A stretch of 64,000 bases of DNA from a virus. Its lineage: Duplodnaviria; Caudoviricetes. Below the pieces are notes generated by a model that was not told the DNA's origin, made no database searches, and was given only the letters and a program-made list of their open reading frames with translations. Positions within the stretch are counted from its first letter, which is position 1. Each line of letters begins with the position of its first letter. Shown in pieces: positions 10,401 to 19,210 of this stretch. The position numbers and the translations under genes are program-made. The DNA is taken from the IMG/VR virus record IMGVR_UViG_2772190672_000001, positions 1-64,000 of that record. One strand, written 5' to 3'.

Positions 10401-11866
10401 CCCAGGGCGACGAACACCGGGCCCAGGGCCGGCGCGATGGCCCCGAGCTGCGTGACCAGCGCCGACAGGATCGGCCCGAGCTGCGCCGCGATCTGGGCGA
10501 CCGTCTTGAAGACGTTGCCGATCGCGGTCTGACCGGCTGCGGTCTGGGCGAACTGGGCGAACGCGCCGGTGATCTGCTTGAGGTTGTTGAGGAGGCCCCC
10601 GCCGTTGACGTTGGCCGCCCTCCAAACGTTGGCGAGGATGCTGCCGACGTTCTGCGCGATCGCCCCGAGCTGCTGGAAGACCGTGAGCGCGCCCCTGACC
10701 AGGGACACCGCCCGACCGCTGTCGCCGAGCCGGGTCAGGAAGTTCCCGATCCGCGTGCCGACGTCCCCGATCGCCTGGCCGACCTGCGCACCAAACGCCG
10801 TGGCGACGCTGCTCGCGACGGACAGCAGGCCCCGCGCGAGCGGCTGAACCGCCGTGGACAGACCGCCGACCGCGTCCGACGTGCCCTTGACGATGCCCTG
10901 CAGACCGTTGAACGCCGTCTTCGACGTCGCGAACTTCAGCCCCTGGTCGGTGGCCCGGCCGAACCCGGCCGCGATCTTGTCGAGTCCAGAGCCGAGCGGC
11001 AGCAGGTTCCTGACCGCCGCGGTGACGTCGCCCGAGAACTGCTTGAAGAACGACTGCTGGACCGACTGCTGGACCTTCTTCAGCTGCGGCTGCAGATTCC
11101 GGATCGCCGTGACGGCCTTCTGCGCAGCCGGGGCCAGGTCCTCGATCGCCTTGCTGAACGCGTCGGCGTCGCCGGACAGCGCAGCCGACAAGGCGTCATC
11201 GACGCCCAGGACCGCCAGCTTCAGGGTGCCGAGCGCCGTCTGGAACCCGGCGATGGCGGCCGGGCCGGCGGCGATGGCCCCGGCCGCCGGTGCGAGTGCG
11301 GCCGTCAGCTTCGCGACGCCGCTGGCGGCGCCCGCCGCGGCGATCCCGTACGCGCCGAACTTCAGGCCAGTCCCCAGGACCTTGCCGACCCTCAGTGCGG
11401 CACTGCCGAGGCCGGCCAGGGACCGGGTCAGGCGGTCGTTGTCGACGTTGACGTTCGCATTGACCCGGACGTCCGGCGCGTTGTGCGCCCGGATACGGCG
11501 GTCCAGCTCGTCCAGGTCGGGGACGACCCGGATCGGGATCTCAACGTCGGCGAGGAGGGCGCGCAGCCGCTCCACGAACCCGGTGACGTCGGGCGCCACC
11601 GGGATGTTCAGCGAGTCGACCGAGCGGAGCCCGTTGAGGAGCTGCGCGTCGAACCAGCGCAGGTCCGGCTCGACGCGGACGGTGACCGCCTGGGCGTTCA
11701 GCCCGCGCTGGATCTGGCGGCGAATCTGGTCGCCGATGCGGCGCGTCGCATTCAGCAACGCCCGCTGGATCTGGGCGCCCGTCTGGCGGGCCTGGGCGTC
11801 CGTGCTCCCATCGTTGAGATCGATGGTGATGTGCGCCGAGCCGAAATCGACGTCCTCGCCGGCCAC
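7418..11866 (-). CDS. Tape measure protein
   Basis: 1482 aa, Ala/Gly/Leu-rich helical repeats; FASGGIV..PT.ALIGEAGPE; two I.SPS.VF motifs. Confidence 0.92.
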   Translation of the reverse strand: MAGEDVDFGSAHITIDLNDGSTDAQARQTGAQIQRALLNATRRIGDQIRRQIQRGLNAQAVTVRVEPDLRWFDAQLLNGLRSVDSLNIPVAPDVTGFVERLRALLADVEIPIRVVPDLDELDRRIRAHNAPDVRVNANVNVDNDRLTRSLAGLGSAALRVGKVLGTGLKFGAYGIAAAGAASGVAKLTAALAPAAGAIAAGPAAIAGFQTALGTLKLAVLGVDDALSAALSGDADAFSKAIEDLAPAAQKAVTAIRNLQPQLKKVQQSVQQSFFKQFSGDVTAAVRNLLPLGSGLDKIAAGFGRATDQGLKFATSKTAFNGLQGIVKGTSDAVGGLSTAVQPLARGLLSVASSVATAFGAQVGQAIGDVGTRIGNFLTRLGDSGRAVSLVRGALTVFQQLGAIAQNVGSILANVWRAANVNGGGLLNNLKQITGAFAQFAQTAAGQTAIGNVFKTVAQIAAQLGPILSALVTQLGAIAPALGPVFVALGPAITGLINALGPALAAIAPVLQEVANGLAAAFAVIGPALGPVGAAVGQVLSALTPLLPLVGQVVSVLAGALAPVLQLLTGLFEPIIQELVAALMPVLPPLAQAFAVLVQALTPLATGIGQAIGQLLAALAPLFTTLAGALGQVAASLAPVITALVNALMPTLPGLVSAFSAMVQAVLPLLPSLAGLVASVAPLAVLLLRIVGPIAQIGAAFDTWLAINLVVPIIQGVVSVLTGLISGITSVITFIAQLPGMIVSGLSALGSMLASFFTGLFTSIGQFVVSGFQTVVGFFAQLPGMILAGLQALPGLLLNLFTSAVAGIAIALLTLLAGIVFTFTELPGRIASALASLGTFLLNAFVSGFNAATSAISSFLSSAASFFSQLPGRIGSALAALPGRVSSLFRSAGSSALSAASSAGSAVVSFFSGLPGRIGSALSSVGSRIAGAFRSAASSAKNAVSSLISGVVSLFSGLGSRIVGAIGNVGGQIMSKIKSGLPSSVRKYLPFASGGIVYGPTHALIGEAGPEVVIPLTRPKRAAELAARSGLLDMLGVGQARTLAATTATAASAGGSAASSVLSSLSAALSGIASLLNTVGAQVVQGMVDGIRQNQGLVAAAAQDMAGTAVTAAETTLQIASPSKVFAKIGQLVGAGFVKGLTGTAAQIKSTTDAMVKAITDAFKGKKTRVDDQLVAMLSSGNTKLQKLATQRDALVKRITDARKFAADTTNTALQAFSLQSLTQGADKVTASTLTAGLQSAVNQVKTFTAEVNRLAKRGLSKSLLQQVIGLGPEQGASIAAALSSATSDQLKRLNNLQGQLSKASTTLGNTGADLLYDSGAQAAKGFLAGLKGQQKAIEKLMLDIAKGMQTAIKAALHIKSPSRVFMHIGDMTGLGLHIGFLRRLAGLQDASRVAARNLADGVTAQLTGLGGRGGDGVVIPLTRMQRARQAAADGTAAATARGARAAGGGLQMTNYWTINEVGDAHMTAHRVLNRLVLAAGVS

Positions 11867-11893
11867 TGGGCAACCTCACAGCTCGTGTGGTTG

Positions 11894-11925
11894 CCCGGCC
11901 CAAAACCAGCGGCGATCTCAGGTTA
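11894..11925 (-). promoter_or_regulatory. Late motif copy 4 upstream of tape measure gene
   Basis: 21-mer 11894-11914; TAACCT 11920-11925. Confidence 0.7.
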
Positions 11926-11931
11926 GTCGCT

Positions 11932-12290
11932 TCACCCCGCCCCGAGCTGGGCGTCCGTCGCGCCCCACTGCGCCATCAGGGCCTGCGCGTCCGCCATCGT
12001 CATCACCCCCCGCTGCACCTGCTGCGGCTGCTGGGGCTGTGGCGGTGCGGCCGCGCGAGTCCGTCGACGAGGCCGCCGCAGCGACACCGGCACCGCGTAC
12101 AGCCGCGCCTCGAGCCGCTTCCGCTCGGTCTCATCCTCGGCACTCATGTACATGGCTTGCTCCGCCGCGTTGATCAACGTGCGGAGCGTCCAGCGGTGGA
12201 GGTCGACCCCTTGGAGCGCGAGCTGCCCTTCCCAGGCGTCCCAGCCCTCCGCGACGCTCGCGAGGATCCGCTGGACGACGTAGTAGGGCG
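11932..12290 (-). CDS. Tail assembly chaperone, frameshifted C-terminal extension (gpT-like)
   Basis: Open -1 frame (PYYVVQRILAS...) overlapping the chaperone 3' end; no clear start of its own; just before tape measure. Confidence 0.6.
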
Positions 12291-12740
12291 GTCGCCACCC
12301 CCGTACAACTCGGTCGTCCACTCCAGCAGCTCCATCAGCACCCGGTCCGGGAGCCGCATGCTCCTGTCCTCGACGCGGACCGCGCCGGTCAGCTCGGCGG
12401 CGTGCTTGTCGGCCTCGGCCCGGGTCCGGAAGTGCGCCACGGACTTGCCGCCCTTGATGACCTCGAACCGCAGGAACCGGTCGGCGGACTCCGGAATCAT
12501 CAGCTTCGCCAGGAACTGGCGCATCGCCCCGTACACGCCGCGCAGGACGGCCGGGTCCATCTTGGTCAGGTCGGTGTCCTCCCCGAGCGCCTTCTGCGCC
12601 TCCTGAACCTGGCTGTAGCCCTCCAGGAACTCGTCCCCGAAGACCTCCGGGACGAATTCGAGCTTGCCCAGCTCGCCCAGGTTCGCGACGTGGTTCTCGG
12701 TACGGACTGCGAAGTCGCGTGTTGCCACGGGTGTGCCCAA
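12174..12740 (-). CDS. Tail assembly chaperone (gpG-like); start may be GTG 12728
   Basis: Position before tape measure; ends in low-complexity DRPTTSSSGSS tail. Confidence 0.7.
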   Translation of the reverse strand: MGTPVATRDFAVRTENHVANLGELGKLEFVPEVFGDEFLEGYSQVQEAQKALGEDTDLTKMDPAVLRGVYGAMRQFLAKLMIPESADRFLRFEVIKGGKSVAHFRTRAEADKHAAELTGAVRVEDRSMRLPDRVLMELLEWTTELYGGGDRPTTSSSGSSRASRRAGTPGKGSSRSKGSTSTAGRSAR

Positions 12741-12754
12741 TCTCCCGCGCTACG

Positions 12755-12790
12755 CCCGGCCTAACACCAGCGGCGTGCCGGGCAAGGGTA
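12755..12790 (-). promoter_or_regulatory. Late motif copy 5
   Basis: Variant 21-mer 12755-12775; TACCCT 12785-12790. Confidence 0.65.
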
Positions 12791-12859
12791 GCCGTGCACG
12801 GGCGCAAATGGCGCGGCGAACCACTACCGCAGTCGCCCAACCCTATGCAAGATCACAGC

Positions 12860-13657
12860 ATGGACCTCCAAGGTGTCGGAGCTGTAGCCGCTGCCGCTGT
12901 TGCAGCTCTCGCGGTGCCTGCCGCCCTAGTAACTGGCCGATGGTCGACGCGCGGCGCGCTTGCTCAGGCTGAAGCCACCTACAAAGCCGCTCTGGAAACA
13001 TCGCAAAACACGGACAAACAGTGGCGCAGGAGTGTGCGACGAGACAGTTACAGCACTTTCCTTCTGGCGTCGACGCAACTCCACATCAAGACAGAACGCA
13101 TGATGAGGACTAGACCTATCACCGCAACTACGTTAACCACAGCATTCGAGGAACTTAGTCGTTTGCGAGACGAACTGGAAGCGAAACTCACAGTAGTTGA
13201 ACTCGAAGGCCCTGATGCGGTGGCCGAGGCTGCGCGTAACCTCGCTTCGGCAGTTAACCGGTTCAGTGCCAGTCGCCGGAAATACGTCTCAATTGCGCAG
13301 GCTGAACAGAAGTTGAGGACTCTGATTCGAGAAGACACCCCCGCAAGGATCGGGTTATCCGCACTGCAAAGCGCACTCGACACTCTGCGTGGGACCATCT
13401 ACACCTGCCACTGGGAAGGGCCCGCCCCCTTCGAAATCGAGTCACTCGACAGCCCACTACCCGACGAAGTGGCGGAAGCGTTCGGACAGGCGCAACTGGC
13501 TTTCATGCGCCTACCTGCCGATACGTTCACCATGAGCGAAGAACGGGACCTGCTCCAAGGCACCTTCAAGCTTCAGCACAACCCGTCCGAAGAGATGCGC
13601 GAATGCACCCTGTCGAAGAGTGTATTTATTCAAGCCGCGCGCAGGACGCTCGGTTGA
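12860..13657 (+). CDS. Moron: hypothetical protein with N-terminal TM helix
   Basis: Opposite strand within tail operon; visibly lower GC; two in-frame TTA codons. Confidence 0.7.
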   Translation: MDLQGVGAVAAAAVAALAVPAALVTGRWSTRGALAQAEATYKAALETSQNTDKQWRRSVRRDSYSTFLLASTQLHIKTERMMRTRPITATTLTTAFEELSRLRDELEAKLTVVELEGPDAVAEAARNLASAVNRFSASRRKYVSIAQAEQKLRTLIREDTPARIGLSALQSALDTLRGTIYTCHWEGPAPFEIESLDSPLPDEVAEAFGQAQLAFMRLPADTFTMSEERDLLQGTFKLQHNPSEEMRECTLSKSVFIQAARRTLG

Positions 13658-13687
13658 GCAGAATGAGACCACGGCGATACAGCCGCC

Positions 13688-14065
13688 TCATCGCCCGAGA
13701 CGCAAAGCTCGCCCCAGGAAATTGTTGGGGCGCGTTCCCGGGTGGTGGACGACGCTCGCGAATACCGGCCGCCCGTCGACCTCGAACCGCAGGACTTTCG
13801 CGCGGCGCGGCCGGATGACGTGCGGGCGAGTGCCCTCGAGGACGTACAGCGTCGCCGGGTGGTCGCAGGTGACCACGCCCTGGAGGCCGCGCGGCCCCTC
13901 CTCGATGTGCCAGTTGATGTAGTCGGGCATCGACCCGGGCGCCAGACTGCGGGCGATGTCCGCCACACGTCGAGTGCGGGCCGCCAGCCGGCGTTCCACG
14001 ATCCCGCCGCGCAGCCGCAGCATCCGGGCGATACGGCCCGGGTCGATTCGCACGTCCACGCTCAT
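13688..14065 (-). CDS. Tail/neck component (HK97 gp10-like)
   Basis: YVLEGTRPHVIRP and V.HPGT.PN.FL motifs. Confidence 0.7.
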   Translation of the reverse strand: MSVDVRIDPGRIARMLRLRGGIVERRLAARTRRVADIARSLAPGSMPDYINWHIEEGPRGLQGVVTCDHPATLYVLEGTRPHVIRPRRAKVLRFEVDGRPVFASVVHHPGTRPNNFLGRALRLGR

Positions 14066-14643
14066 GACTCACCTCCAGCGGCACAGCCGCAGAACGGCAG
14101 GGCCACGGTCAGCCGCTGCTCGATGCCGACGCACTGCCCCTCGGGGCCGAGGGTCCGCAGCTGGCCCATCACGAACTGCTGGCCGCGCCGGGCGTCGCTG
14201 GTCTGCGGGAAACAGCACAGCAGCGCGTTGGTCACGCTGGCAGCGTCCACGTGCAGGACGCGGGCCGCCGCCGCCTGTTCCTCGCACGAGGGCGGGCAGC
14301 CCTGCTCGGTGTAGGTCGGCGCGCACCGCAGCAGCGTGATGACGTAGTCGGCGGCCTGGCGGACGGGCGCGCAGTTCCGGCTGCCGATGACGTCCTTCGT
14401 CTCCGTCGGGAACGCCGACGTCGGATAGATCCGGTCCAGGTTGACCGTGAGCTGGCCGACGGTCTGCGCGCCCGAGCAGTCGCCTGTGCAGTTGTCCCAG
14501 GCCGGCTTGCCGGGCACCACGCACGCCACGCACGGGCAGCCGGGTTGGCCGTCGACCCGCTCGGCCATCGTGGTCAGCTCGGCGCACACGCAGGCGAGTA
14601 GCATCTGCGCGATGTCGTCAACGATCAGCGGACTCAGGGCCAT
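14062..14643 (-). CDS. Probable tail terminator/neck protein
   Basis: ATG 14643; PAWD.C, GQLTV, P.G.CVG motifs; between adaptor and gp10-like gene. Confidence 0.6.
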   Translation of the reverse strand: MALSPLIVDDIAQMLLACVCAELTTMAERVDGQPGCPCVACVVPGKPAWDNCTGDCSGAQTVGQLTVNLDRIYPTSAFPTETKDVIGSRNCAPVRQAADYVITLLRCAPTYTEQGCPPSCEEQAAAARVLHVDAASVTNALLCCFPQTSDARRGQQFVMGQLRTLGPEGQCVGIEQRLTVALPFCGCAAGGES

Positions 14644-15437
14644 TGCTGCACCCTCGGCCTCTTGAAGTCCGGCGAGTACACTCGCGACGGCGACGTCAGC
14701 CGGTACGGGTTCACCACGCTCAGCCACAGGTCGGCCAGCGGCAGCCCGGTCCGACCCTCCTTGAAGATGACCGTCGGGTCCCCGAAGTCCAGGTCGACGC
14801 CCTGCCGGGACAGCCGCGTGATGTTCCGGTTCGCCCGGCAGCCGCACGAGCCGCCGCCGCAGCCCTGCAACAGGTGGCAGGTCAGCTCGGACACCGCGGC
14901 GATCGCCGCCTCGTCGAGCGGCAGTCCCCACCGGTACGTGACGGTGAACGTCCCCGGCTGCCCGGGCGCCGCCGCCATGTCCTGGCAGTCCGGCCAGCAC
15001 CCGCCGTCGGTGCGGACGAGCTTGCCGGGCGCGTCCACCCGGTAGGCGCCGGCCGGGAGGACATGACCGTCGACGTTGACCTCGGTCACGTCGTACACCG
15101 GGCCCGGCAGGTACACCACGCACAGCTCGCCGCAGGAGCAGTCCGACTGGCAGCCGCACACCGAAGCGTTGCGCCATGCCCCGTCCGCGCCGATGTATGG
15201 GATCCACGGACCCGTCGTGACACCGGCCTGGAAGGAGATGAACGGGGCGGACTCCAGACAGGCCCGGCGACACGGCCGCACGGTGACCAGGCACGGGCCA
15301 TACCGGCGGCCTGACAAGCCCCACAGGATCTGTGAAGCGACGAGCGTCCAGCGCTCCACGGCCGCCGGATCGGCCGAGGAGGTGTCACAGCACAGCTCTG
15401 TCGGCCACGCCTCGCACGGGCCTGTCTGGATTGGCAT
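14634..15437 (-). CDS. Head-to-tail adaptor
   Basis: LWGLSGRRYG.C, LSRQGV and TGL..ADLWL..VNP motifs of actinophage adaptors. Confidence 0.7.
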   Translation of the reverse strand: MPIQTGPCEAWPTELCCDTSSADPAAVERWTLVASQILWGLSGRRYGPCLVTVRPCRRACLESAPFISFQAGVTTGPWIPYIGADGAWRNASVCGCQSDCSCGELCVVYLPGPVYDVTEVNVDGHVLPAGAYRVDAPGKLVRTDGGCWPDCQDMAAAPGQPGTFTVTYRWGLPLDEAAIAAVSELTCHLLQGCGGGSCGCRANRNITRLSRQGVDLDFGDPTVIFKEGRTGLPLADLWLSVVNPYRLTSPSRVYSPDFKRPRVQQWP

Positions 15438-16147
15438 CAGAGCCTCCTGGTCGTCTCGTACGCCGACGGCTTCGCGAACTGGGCACGGATCAGCCGGCCG
15501 ACCTCGCCGTTGTCGAACGAGTCCGGCATGGTCGACAGGAACGGCGTCGACCGGTCGAAGCGCGGCCCGCGGTGCATGACCTTCACGTCCCGGATCTGCT
15601 CGCCACCGACCCGGCTCAGCACCCCGTACGCGGTCCGCTTGTGCAGCACGTCCAGGCGCTGCCCGACCTCCAAGGCGGACAGCATCCCCTGCTTGCCGAT
15701 CGCCATCGGCACGTGCAGCTCGTACGACAGCGGGTCCTCGTGCCCGTACTCAGCGAGCAGCTCCCTCGTCTCCCGCATCCCCCGCAGATAGACGCCCGAG
15801 GCATGCTCGGCGTACTGCCGCTCGACGTCGCGGACCGGCCCGCGGTGCAGCATCGGCATCCGGTCGAGCGGCTCCATGACGAACATGTCGTCGTTCGCCC
15901 ACAGGAACGGGTCGCTGATCTCCGCGCTCTGGCAGGCATGCCGCATGGCCAGCGTGGTGTTCGCGAACTTCGTCCCGCCCGTCTGCAGGGTCGGGACGAA
16001 GCCGACGCCGCCCACCCACGCCGGCCGGTAGCCGATAAGCCAGACGCGCCGGTGCGGGAGGTGGGCCTCCCAGGAGCGCAGGGCGTACCTGAGCTGCTGG
16101 TTGACCGCGCCCTCCCGCACCGGCACGACAAGGTCGGGGACCTCCAC
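15437..16147 (-). CDS. Stealth-like sugar-phosphate transferase / GT-A-like enzyme
   Basis: LRYALRS and FLWANDDMF motifs (Stealth CR2-like); YELHVPM; GTG 16147. Confidence 0.6.
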   Translation of the reverse strand: MEVPDLVVPVREGAVNQQLRYALRSWEAHLPHRRVWLIGYRPAWVGGVGFVPTLQTGGTKFANTTLAMRHACQSAEISDPFLWANDDMFVMEPLDRMPMLHRGPVRDVERQYAEHASGVYLRGMRETRELLAEYGHEDPLSYELHVPMAIGKQGMLSALEVGQRLDVLHKRTAYGVLSRVGGEQIRDVKVMHRGPRFDRSTPFLSTMPDSFDNGEVGRLIRAQFAKPSAYETTRRL

Positions 16148-16149
16148 CG

Positions 16150-16851
16150 TCAGGACGCCAGGCAGAGGTCGCCGGCGACCGTCGAGTACTCGCACGTCGG
16201 CTCAGGCGGCGCCACGTTCGTCAGGAACATGCGCTTGTGGCAGTTCGAGCCGATCGGGGTGAGCATGGGGCCCGCGGTGCCGGCCGCGTCGATCGGCATG
16301 ACGTCGTACGGACCGACGCCCCAGCCTCCGCCGGTGCGGGTGTTGCCGGTCATCTGCAGCGTGACCGCCTCCGAGCCGATTTCCACGTCGCCGAGGATTC
16401 CGTTGGTGATCCAGGGCAACAAGAAATACAGCCAGGCGCCGCCCGTGCCGTCGGTCTGGCAGACGTCGTCACCGAGGACCTCCGCCCAGAACTCCAGCGC
16501 GAAACCGGTCCGGCAGGCGATGCTGCAGTCGTCGTAGCCGATCGGCTTGCCGTCGAAGCCGTACACGACCGGGTTGCCGGTGGTGATCTCCAGGAACTCG
16601 GGCGAGACGCTGAAGAAGTTGATCTCCACGCCGAACGAGTTCAGGGTGGGGCAACCCTTCTTGAAGCCGCACACCTTGCCGTTCGCGGCCTTGTACTTGA
16701 TGTCGTCGCCGTCGTCCGTGTCCGGCTTGAGGGCGACGGACGCCAGGCAGTCGAAGACGAACGCGTTGTCGTCACCACACACGGGACGACCGCACTGGTC
16801 GACCCTGGTAACCCTGACCGTGTCCAGGTTGCTGATCAGCGGACATGTCAT
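16150..16851 (-). CDS. Major tail (tube) protein
   Basis: RVTRVDQCG, ANG.VC, FALEFW, Y.LLPW, WG.GPY motifs; 233 aa. Confidence 0.8.
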   Translation of the reverse strand: MTCPLISNLDTVRVTRVDQCGRPVCGDDNAFVFDCLASVALKPDTDDGDDIKYKAANGKVCGFKKGCPTLNSFGVEINFFSVSPEFLEITTGNPVVYGFDGKPIGYDDCSIACRTGFALEFWAEVLGDDVCQTDGTGGAWLYFLLPWITNGILGDVEIGSEAVTLQMTGNTRTGGGWGVGPYDVMPIDAAGTAGPMLTPIGSNCHKRMFLTNVAPPEPTCEYSTVAGDLCLAS

Positions 16852-16882
16852 TGGGCGTCAAACCTCCCCTGATGCAGAGAGG

Positions 16883-16919
16883 CCCGGCCCACAACCAGCG
16901 GCGCTACTCCACCAGCATA
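16883..16919 (-). promoter_or_regulatory. Late motif copy 6 upstream of major tail gene
   Basis: 21-mer 16883-16903; TATGCT 16914-16919. Confidence 0.7.
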
Positions 16920-16962
16920 GCCACGGGGCAGCGCCGCAACACCGGCCTATCGCACGGTGCCA

Positions 16963-18924
16963 TCAGCCAGTCACCAGGTCCTGCACGGCTTCCACCCACG
17001 CCTTCAGCTCGCTGTCGGCCTGGTCGGCGAGGAACGCGCTGCGCGCGAGCGCCGCCGCGGTGGCCTGGGTGCGGCGCTTGCCGTCGGCGTGCAGCTCCTC
17101 GATGGCGGCGGCCCACGCGTTCACGTCCTGGCGGTCGAGGAACAGGCCGGCGTCGCCGAGGGCTTCGCGCAGGCCGGGCGTGGGGTGGGCGATGACCGGG
17201 ATGCCGGAGGCGAGGGCCTCAACGGCGGCCATGCCGTACGACTCGTAGATGCTCGGGGCGAGCAAGGTGCGGGTCTTGGCCCACACGTCGCCGCGCATGT
17301 CCGAAGTCTGGCCCATGATCCGGGCGTTCGCCGGGTGCGGCTGCAGGATCTGCGGGCCGTGGGAGCCGGTGACGCCGAGGAAGGGCAGCTGCGGGAGCCG
17401 TTCGGCGGCGGCGTGCCAGGTGTCGACGCCCTTGTCCTGGTTGAGGTTGACGAGGGTGACGTGGTCGCCGGTGGCCGGCGCGCGGTGCTCGTCGGGGATG
17501 ACGGGCGGGTGGACGATCAGCGACGGAATGCGGCCGACTTCGGCGTAGCCGGGTGCCAGCGAGCCGACGATCCACCGGGTGTTGTAGACGACCAGGTCCG
17601 GACGCAGGCGCAGCGCGCAGGCGTTGCTCTCGAAGTCGGAGTGCAGCAGCAGCACCGACCGGGCGCGGATGCGGCGGGCCAGGGTGATGGAGCGCTCGGC
17701 GAACCCGTGGTGGGAGACGACCGTCTTCGGCCGCAGGGAGCGGATCAGGGCCGTCGCGGATGCCGGGTCCGCCTTGCGGTGCGGGACGCCATCGACGTCC
17801 CAGGAGGCGGGCGCCTCGGGCATCTGGGAGGCGATGACGAGGACTCGGAGCCCGGCGGTCTGCAGGGCGCGCATCATCGTCTGCAGCATGGTCTCGGAGC
17901 CCGCGCGCCGGTACGGGACGGTGTAGTGCACCCAGGCCACGACGTCCGGCCGCTGCAGCGGAGGCGGGGCGGGCCTTCGGTGGGCGGGCACCGGGTGCGC
18001 GGCGTGCAGGTCCTCGCAGGCTCCGGTGAACGCGCGCAGGTTGCCGTCGTAGTCGAGGGCTCGGACGTGAGCGCGGGCGGCCGTGGCCGCCGCGGTGTAC
18101 GCGCCCGGGTCGTCCAGGCGGCGGAGTTCGGCGGCCCACTGGGCGGTGTCGTCGCGGGGGACGTACACCGCGGCGTCGCCGAGCGCCTCGTGGATGCCGG
18201 GCAGCGGGGCGGCGATGACGGGGATGCCCGACAGCATCGCTTCGACGCCGACGCGGCCGTAGGACTCCCTGGCTGACGGCATCAGCAGGATGCGGGTCCG
18301 CCCGTACAGGGCGCGCGGGTCCATCCGGTCGACCAGCTCGACGTTCGGCAGGACGGGGCCACCCGTGTGCCCGTCCGACCGGACCATCAGGAACCGTGTC
18401 TCGGGCAGCTGTTCGGCGACGGCCGCGAGGACGTCGGCGCCCTTGCCCGCGGTGGAGCCGTTCAGGGTGACGAGCCGGCCGGGCGTGGCGCGGTACCGCT
18501 CCGGGTCGATCGGCGGGGGCAGGACGAGCGAGGGCCCGCGGTAGGCCAGGTAGTGGTCGCGGCATGCCTGCGACGGGAACCAGGCGAGCGTCGGCCGGCC
18601 GAGGTGCCGGTTCGCGGACATGCCGTGGACGAGGAGCAGGTGCGGCACACCGCGCACCTGGGCCTGGATGGCGGGTGCGCGGCGGTCGCCGTGATGGGAG
18701 ATGACGAGATCGGGTCGGCTGGTCTGCGCGGCACGCCACCAGTAGCCGAGCGGCCAGATCCTGACGCCGTCCTCGGTGCGGACGGCGGCGGGCTGGCCGC
18801 TGCTGGTGGTGACGACGTCGACCTGGTGGCCGGCGGCGACCAGGGCGCCCAGGTACTCGCGGGTGGTGACGTGGGCGCCGGTCGGCGTGGGCCCGTAGAC
18901 GGGCAGCAGGGCCAGGATGTGCAC
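16963..18924 (-). CDS. Tandem two-domain GT-B (GT4-like) glycosyltransferase
   Basis: Two EX7E motifs (ESYGRVGVEAMLSGIPVI; ESYGMAAVEALASGIPVI) in duplicated halves. Confidence 0.85.
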   Translation of the reverse strand: MHILALLPVYGPTPTGAHVTTREYLGALVAAGHQVDVVTTSSGQPAAVRTEDGVRIWPLGYWWRAAQTSRPDLVISHHGDRRAPAIQAQVRGVPHLLLVHGMSANRHLGRPTLAWFPSQACRDHYLAYRGPSLVLPPPIDPERYRATPGRLVTLNGSTAGKGADVLAAVAEQLPETRFLMVRSDGHTGGPVLPNVELVDRMDPRALYGRTRILLMPSARESYGRVGVEAMLSGIPVIAAPLPGIHEALGDAAVYVPRDDTAQWAAELRRLDDPGAYTAAATAARAHVRALDYDGNLRAFTGACEDLHAAHPVPAHRRPAPPPLQRPDVVAWVHYTVPYRRAGSETMLQTMMRALQTAGLRVLVIASQMPEAPASWDVDGVPHRKADPASATALIRSLRPKTVVSHHGFAERSITLARRIRARSVLLLHSDFESNACALRLRPDLVVYNTRWIVGSLAPGYAEVGRIPSLIVHPPVIPDEHRAPATGDHVTLVNLNQDKGVDTWHAAAERLPQLPFLGVTGSHGPQILQPHPANARIMGQTSDMRGDVWAKTRTLLAPSIYESYGMAAVEALASGIPVIAHPTPGLREALGDAGLFLDRQDVNAWAAAIEELHADGKRRTQATAAALARSAFLADQADSELKAWVEAVQDLVTG

Positions 18925-18929
18925 GCCGC

Positions 18930-19196
18930 CTACTTGCCGCCGTCGGGCTGGTCGCTACCGCCGATCGGTAGCTCGTCGACCGGGATGACGGGGGGTGGCG
19001 TCCCCTCGGGCGGGGGCGGCAGCTCGCCGTCAGCGGCCAAGAACTCGTCCGCGTGGGCGTCGGCCGCCGTGCGAGCCTCCGCGATCTGCGTCTGGTACTC
19101 CTCGGCGGTGATCTCCTCCCAGCCCTCCGGGGGCGAGAGCGGGCCGTCGCTGCGGGTCTGGAACCCGCCCGTGCCGTCTGTGAAGTAGCGCGTCAT
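18930..19196 (-). CDS. Small protein after fibre gene (XkdX-like ITxEEY motif)
   Basis: 88 aa; RYFT...WEEITAEEY. Confidence 0.6.
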   Translation of the reverse strand: MTRYFTDGTGGFQTRSDGPLSPPEGWEEITAEEYQTQIAEARTAADAHADEFLAADGELPPPPEGTPPPVIPVDELPIGGSDQPDGGK

Positions 19197-19210
19197 GGGT
19201 GGCCTCCAGG

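Noticed and set aside
5053-16851. Contractile injection system or myovirus tail
   Set aside because: No sheath or baseplate wedge recognised; capsid, terminase and long tape measure indicate a siphovirus
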